Positions 7,569 through 11,197 of a stretch of 11,197 nt of DNA are shown here, one piece after another. A program made the position numbers and the translations under genes. Under the pieces are notes generated by a model. That model was given only the letters and a program-made list of their open reading frames with translations. It ran no database searches and was not told the origin of the DNA. How positions within the stretch are numbered: position 1 is the first letter of the stretch; each line of letters starts with the position of its first letter. Origin of the DNA: Candidatus Heimdallarchaeota archaeon (lineage in GTDB: Archaea > Asgardarchaeota > Heimdallarchaeia > Hodarchaeales > Hodarchaeaceae); the NCBI GenBank assembly GCA_048881705.1, contig JBHLSH010000097.1, positions 1 through 11,197 on the forward strand, read 5' to 3'.

Positions 7569-8498
7569 TTAAGACTGAAAGTCTTCAGGATTTATCCCGC
7601 AGGTAACCTCTTGATTTTCAATTTGATATGCGTATGCCATACGAGGGGTATTAAACGCCAACCCAATTCCAGAAGAGGTTAACACAATTATCCCGCCCAA
7701 TCCGTTTACTTTAATATCCAAATCACGGATTGTCTGACTAGCTGCCTTTTGGGTTGAGGAGCCCGCTTTGATATATTGGATGCATGTATTTGTAGCCAAT
7801 ATTCGGATTAAATCTTCACCGTACCCTGTTGCTGCAGCTCCTCCAATATTTTTTTCCACGTATGCGCCGGAACCCCATAAAGGAGTATCTCCAACACGAC
7901 CTGCGCGTTTATATGGAGTACCTCCAGTCGAGAGGGCCACGCAGAAACTACCGGTTTGATCGAAACAGACACATCCTACCGTTCCGTGACCCTCTGGTTT
8001 GCCTTGTCTCCTAAAGGCATCTTTAGATCGATAAACCTGTTTCTCCCTTATTTCATGGTATCTCTCCAACTCTCGACCAATCAAAAGATCTTGGGGTTGT
8101 ACTTCAGGAAATCCCATTTCCCGAGCAAAAAGGTTAGCTCCTTTCCCTACTAACATGATATGATCAGTTTTTTCCATAACGAGGCGAGCAACCTGAACAG
8201 GGTTATTGATATTCTGAATTGCTGCGACAGAGCCAATTTTATATTCATCTGTTGCGATTATGGCATCCATTTCCACTTCAGCAATTTGATTGACAAATGA
8301 GCCCATGCCTGCGTCAAAAATGGGATTTTTTTCCATAAGTGTGATAGCATGTTCGGCCGCATTGAGAGCCGTTCCCTCGCTGTCCTCCAAAATTTCACTT
8401 GCTTCAAGGCATGCTTTTCTCACTCCTTTTAAATGCTCTTCTACCAGATTATCTGGAATATTCCACGCACCTCCGTGAACTATTACGCCATATCTCAT
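7569..8498 (-). CDS. iaaA: isoaspartyl peptidase / plant-type L-asparaginase (Ntn hydrolase)
   Basis: 309 aa. IVHGGA, FDAG.GS, EMDA, INNPV..AR.VMEKTDH, autocleavage site G|TVG, STGG, GRVGDTP and TGYGE motifs. Confidence 0.95.
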   Translation of the reverse strand: MRYGVIVHGGAWNIPDNLVEEHLKGVRKACLEASEILEDSEGTALNAAEHAITLMEKNPIFDAGMGSFVNQIAEVEMDAIIATDEYKIGSVAAIQNINNPVQVARLVMEKTDHIMLVGKGANLFAREMGFPEVQPQDLLIGRELERYHEIREKQVYRSKDAFRRQGKPEGHGTVGCVCFDQTGSFCVALSTGGTPYKRAGRVGDTPLWGSGAYVEKNIGGAAATGYGEDLIRILATNTCIQYIKAGSSTQKAASQTIRDLDIKVNGLGGIIVLTSSGIGLAFNTPRMAYAYQIENQEVTCGINPEDFQS

Positions 8499-8678
8499 TC
8501 AATCACACCATATTGACCTAATGAATTTTCAAATTTGACGTTCCTTCTGGAATTGGCCTTCTATGGTTCTCAGCCCTTGACTGTTTTTAGAAAACGGAGG
8601 AAGGCCTCGGGATTCTTTCCCTGAAACTCGGATATCGAAAATTGGGAAAGGAGGGATCACAAGATGGGAACCCCTTAG

Positions 8679-8717
8679 TTAGATTTCCGTAAAGCTGTCA
8701 ACTGTCTGGTAATCCAA
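8679..8717 (-). pseudogene. 13-codon remnant: diverged copy of the 3' end of the M42 peptidase gene
   Basis: Reads LDYQTVDSFTEI* against LDQETVDKFTEI* at 9662..9700: 9/12 aa and 30/39 nt, with three synonymous third-position changes (F, T, E). Starts 11 nt after the methyltransferase stop. Confidence 0.8.
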
Positions 8718-8728
8718 TCATTCGTTGC

Positions 8729-9421
8729 TTATTTCTGACATAAATATGCAGTATAATGGCTAAGTACATTTGTGCGGCCTCTGGATCGAACATCATGTCT
8801 GTTGAAATCAAAATACTCGATAATTTCCAAACCGCATTCTTTGAGGGAGGGGATTAGCTCAAATTTTGCAAATTCAATGGATAATAGGTAGCCTCCGTCA
8901 GAAAGGCTGTTCACAATATTCTCAATAGCTCGGAGTAGATTTTCTTGTTCTGCTCTCTTTTTTCCTTGCTTTCCTTTTTTTATATTAATGAAAATTCTCT
9001 GGCAAAAAGCTAAACCAATATCTCTTGGCAAATTGCTTCCTGTAACAATATCACCCCGAATGAAACTTGGAAGACGATTATCAGCCATCAATTGACACAA
9101 ATCGATTGCCGTTTTTTCTCCTATCCTGAGTTTATTCATCAAGTTATTTGAGCAATAATTGCATAAATGGTTTTCTAATTTTCGAATTTCATCCAAGGAA
9201 TATTGAAAATCTCCAGAAAATTTATCTAATTCAATGCAAATCGATTTATCTAATTCTAATGAGAGCGCAAAAGTAGTAATCCCAGAGCCGCACCCAAAAT
9301 CACAAATTCTTATCTTTTCAGGTTTCAATCCAAATCTTTGCATTATCTTTCTTATATCTTCACGAATTAGATGCGTATATTTGATGTACTTACGAATCCT
9401 TATATCAGGTCCAGAGTTCAT
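8729..9421 (-). CDS. class I SAM-dependent methyltransferase
   Basis: 230 aa. Motif I ICDFGCGSG, acidic residue after beta2 (CIELD), RGD, and a late LSDGGYLLSIE motif. Substrate not inferable. Confidence 0.8.
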   Translation of the reverse strand: MNSGPDIRIRKYIKYTHLIREDIRKIMQRFGLKPEKIRICDFGCGSGITTFALSLELDKSICIELDKFSGDFQYSLDEIRKLENHLCNYCSNNLMNKLRIGEKTAIDLCQLMADNRLPSFIRGDIVTGSNLPRDIGLAFCQRIFINIKKGKQGKKRAEQENLLRAIENIVNSLSDGGYLLSIEFAKFELIPSLKECGLEIIEYFDFNRHDVRSRGRTNVLSHYTAYLCQK

Positions 9422-9661
9422 TGGATTACTCTACATTCCTCTCTAGGCTTTTGCCAAACATCAAATTATGAGAACATGGAATAGTTTCTTTATCAATTAA
9501 GAGGATTCCTATGCATCGCTAGGTACCACGCTTTACAAAGATCCTTGCATGGAATTTCGAATTTCTGCCTTCTTCAGTAGAATGCCCGTAGACAATAAAT
9601 ATGAGAAAGGGTCAGCCTTCTGATAGGAAAGCAAAAATCAGTTGATTGTAAGCCCCTAAAT

Positions 9662-10786
9662 TTAGATCTCTGTGAACTTGTCAACTGTTTCTTGATCCAA
9701 CCTTTTTAGAATTTCAATTATTAGAATAATTGCCTTATTAACGTCAGCTAAATCTAAGATTCCATTGTGAGAATGAATATGGCGTGTCGGAACTCCCAAA
9801 ACTATGGATGGACAACCAGAGCCCGTTATGTGAATTACTCCTGCATCAGTGCCTCCACCCATCACGACTGAGGCTTGATAATCAATTCCTATTTCTTTGG
9901 CAACATCAATCACAAAATGACGAAATCGAGGATTTGGAATCATCGTGGCGTCTCCTGCAAGTATCGATACTCCTTTTGACATCTCCGCGGGAGCTTTCAG
10001 TTTTTCGACCCCCGGGACATCACTCGAAATGTCCACTTCTAAGGCAATTCCTATATCGGGATTTATCGTTTGAGCTGCTGTTCGTGCGCCTCGTAATCCT
10101 ATTTCTTCCTGGACGGTTGCGACCCCAAAAATCTGATTCGGGTGTGAAATATTCCCTTCCTTAATGCTTCTTATTACTTCCGCTGCGATAAATGCTCCGA
10201 TTCTGTCATCAAATGCTTTTCCAACAGCCAGAGTTGCTTTTCTCTCTTTTTCTTTTCCGTTGTCATCTTTCTCAATCTGAATTCGTTCCAATAATTCAAA
10301 TTTTGAATCAGGCGTAATTGGATCACCTATTTGAATTCCCAGATTCTCGATTTCCTTTTTGCTTTTGCAACCTACATCGATGAACATTTTATCTTTTGTC
10401 AAAACTTTTTTCCTCACTTCAGGATCAAGAACATGGGGAGGAGGGGCAGTAATTATTCCACGGTAGGTTTTCCCGTTTCTATTTCGAACTAACACCCTTT
10501 GAGTGAGCAAGGATTGATCCCACCATCCTCCTATTTGGTGAAAGGTCAAGTATCCCAGATCATTTATCCCCGTGACCATCATTCCGATTTCATCTATATG
10601 GCCTGCAAGCATAATTTTTGGACCGATGCTCCCAATTTTGAAAATCAAGGAACCTGTTTTATCTTTGAACACTTCATCGGAAAATGTGCTTACATATTCC
10701 TTAATAATTCTTGATACTTCAATTTCATGCCCTGAAGGGCCAAATGCGTTGCTCAACTTCTCTAAAAAAGGTATTTCAATGTCCAT
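9662..10786 (-). CDS. M42 family (TET/FrvX-like) metalloaminopeptidase
   Basis: 374 aa. GPSGHE, MLAGHIDEIG, KAFDDRIG, VQEEIGLRGA, ALEVD, GGTDAG and PTRHIHS metal-ligand motifs. Confidence 0.96.
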   Translation of the reverse strand: MDIEIPFLEKLSNAFGPSGHEIEVSRIIKEYVSTFSDEVFKDKTGSLIFKIGSIGPKIMLAGHIDEIGMMVTGINDLGYLTFHQIGGWWDQSLLTQRVLVRNRNGKTYRGIITAPPPHVLDPEVRKKVLTKDKMFIDVGCKSKKEIENLGIQIGDPITPDSKFELLERIQIEKDDNGKEKERKATLAVGKAFDDRIGAFIAAEVIRSIKEGNISHPNQIFGVATVQEEIGLRGARTAAQTINPDIGIALEVDISSDVPGVEKLKAPAEMSKGVSILAGDATMIPNPRFRHFVIDVAKEIGIDYQASVVMGGGTDAGVIHITGSGCPSIVLGVPTRHIHSHNGILDLADVNKAIILIIEILKRLDQETVDKFTEI

Positions 10787-10906
10787 CTGTTTCTTTCTCC
10801 AGCATACGAATCCTATTGAAGATGGAAGTCAGAGAAAGGTGTAAAAGAAAAGGATTGTGGTAGATTGGCAGGATCAGAATATTATTAAGTTCTTATTCAG
10901 TACAAG

Positions 10907-10938
10907 AAGGAAATCGAACAAATCATTTCGATAGCACC
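10907..10938. repeat. dispersed repeat family B, copy 2
   Basis: AAGGAAATCGAACAAATCATTTCGATAGCACC, containing the perfect inverted repeat ATCGAA-N8-TTCGAT (10913..10932) and followed by TTTATA. Confidence 0.85.
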
Positions 10939-11027
10939 TTTATAGCCAATTGTAGAGAAAGAAACCCAGGCCAAAATTCCATAAAGTAATAAATACCACG
11001 ACTGATGATATGTAGGGTGAGCAGATA

Positions 11028-11197
11028 ATGTCACCAAGCCCAACAACCGAGAATGAAATATTAATGCACCAAAGAGTCGTCATGAAGCGTCGTCAGCTCT
11101 GGAAAAGACTAATCAATTCTGATTTTCGACCCGAATGGTTTGCAAGCAGAATTAAACCACATATGTGGGCTATTGACGAAATTTTCCGGCATATGCT
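11028..11197 (+). CDS. partial ORF (runs off the window), possibly DinB-like
   Basis: Not in the supplied track. ATG 11028 follows a GGTGA Shine-Dalgarno-like motif (11016..11020). Open to the window end: MSPSPTTENEILMHQRVVMKRRQLWKRLINSDFRPEWFASRIKPHMWAIDEIFRHM. WAIDEIFRHM resembles the DinB 'WSxxEixxH' motif. Confidence 0.55.
   Translation, partial: MSPSPTTENEILMHQRVVMKRRQLWKRLINSDFRPEWFASRIKPHMWAIDEIFRHM

Noticed and set aside
8729-9421. Methyltransferase as protein-L-isoaspartate methyltransferase because it sits beside iaaA
   Set aside because: It lacks PIMT-specific motifs, and the flanking M42 remnant suggests the adjacency is secondary.
9575-9661. Possible degenerate - strand repeat A copy after the M42 stop
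   Set aside because: Only scattered 7-8-nt matches are present; the middle does not align and the peptide is not conserved.
672-10844. The short overlapping ORFs in the track (672-917, 1013-1345, 1835-2047, 3903-4163, 6768-6992, 6905-7126, 7768-7959, 7829-8014, 7956-8153, 8290-8478, 9234-9446, 9784-10164, 10499-10714, 10572-10844)
   Set aside because: They are antisense or alternate-frame shadows of well-supported genes and have no recognisable motifs.
11157-11168. Perfect 12-bp palindrome CCACATATGTGG
   Set aside because: It is a single occurrence inside a probable CDS, which is compatible with chance.

Overview
AT-rich, probably archaeal window. The gene content (a membrane-anchored beta-helix protein and a 7TM protein fused to a longin-like domain) looks Asgard-like; this is inferred from protein style only. 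On the + strand: a NosD-like beta-helix surface protein, a small dimeric alpha/beta-barrel protein, the 7TM+longin-like protein, an aldo/keto reductase, a SnoaL/NTF2-like protein and an M32 carboxypeptidase. On the - strand: an isoaspartyl peptidase/asparaginase, a class I SAM methyltransferase and an M42 aminopeptidase. A DinB-like ORF runs off the right edge. No rRNA, tRNA, CRISPR array, transposase or integrase was recognised. The unusual signal is in the intergenic DNA. (1) A dispersed ~75-nt repeat occurs as three full copies and one partial copy. Its substitutions are mostly synonymous and its homology stops at a stop codon, so it appears to be a repeated ~25-codon reading frame (...GLSxVFxIxxxEDxRLERDAAF*). 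(2) In two independent places the layout is full gene X, then unrelated gene Y, then a diverged copy of the 3' end of gene X starting 0-11 nt after Y's stop. (3) A second 32-nt repeat with a palindromic core occurs twice. (4) A truncated Yip1-like gene sits between two copies of repeat (1). All identities are hand counts.
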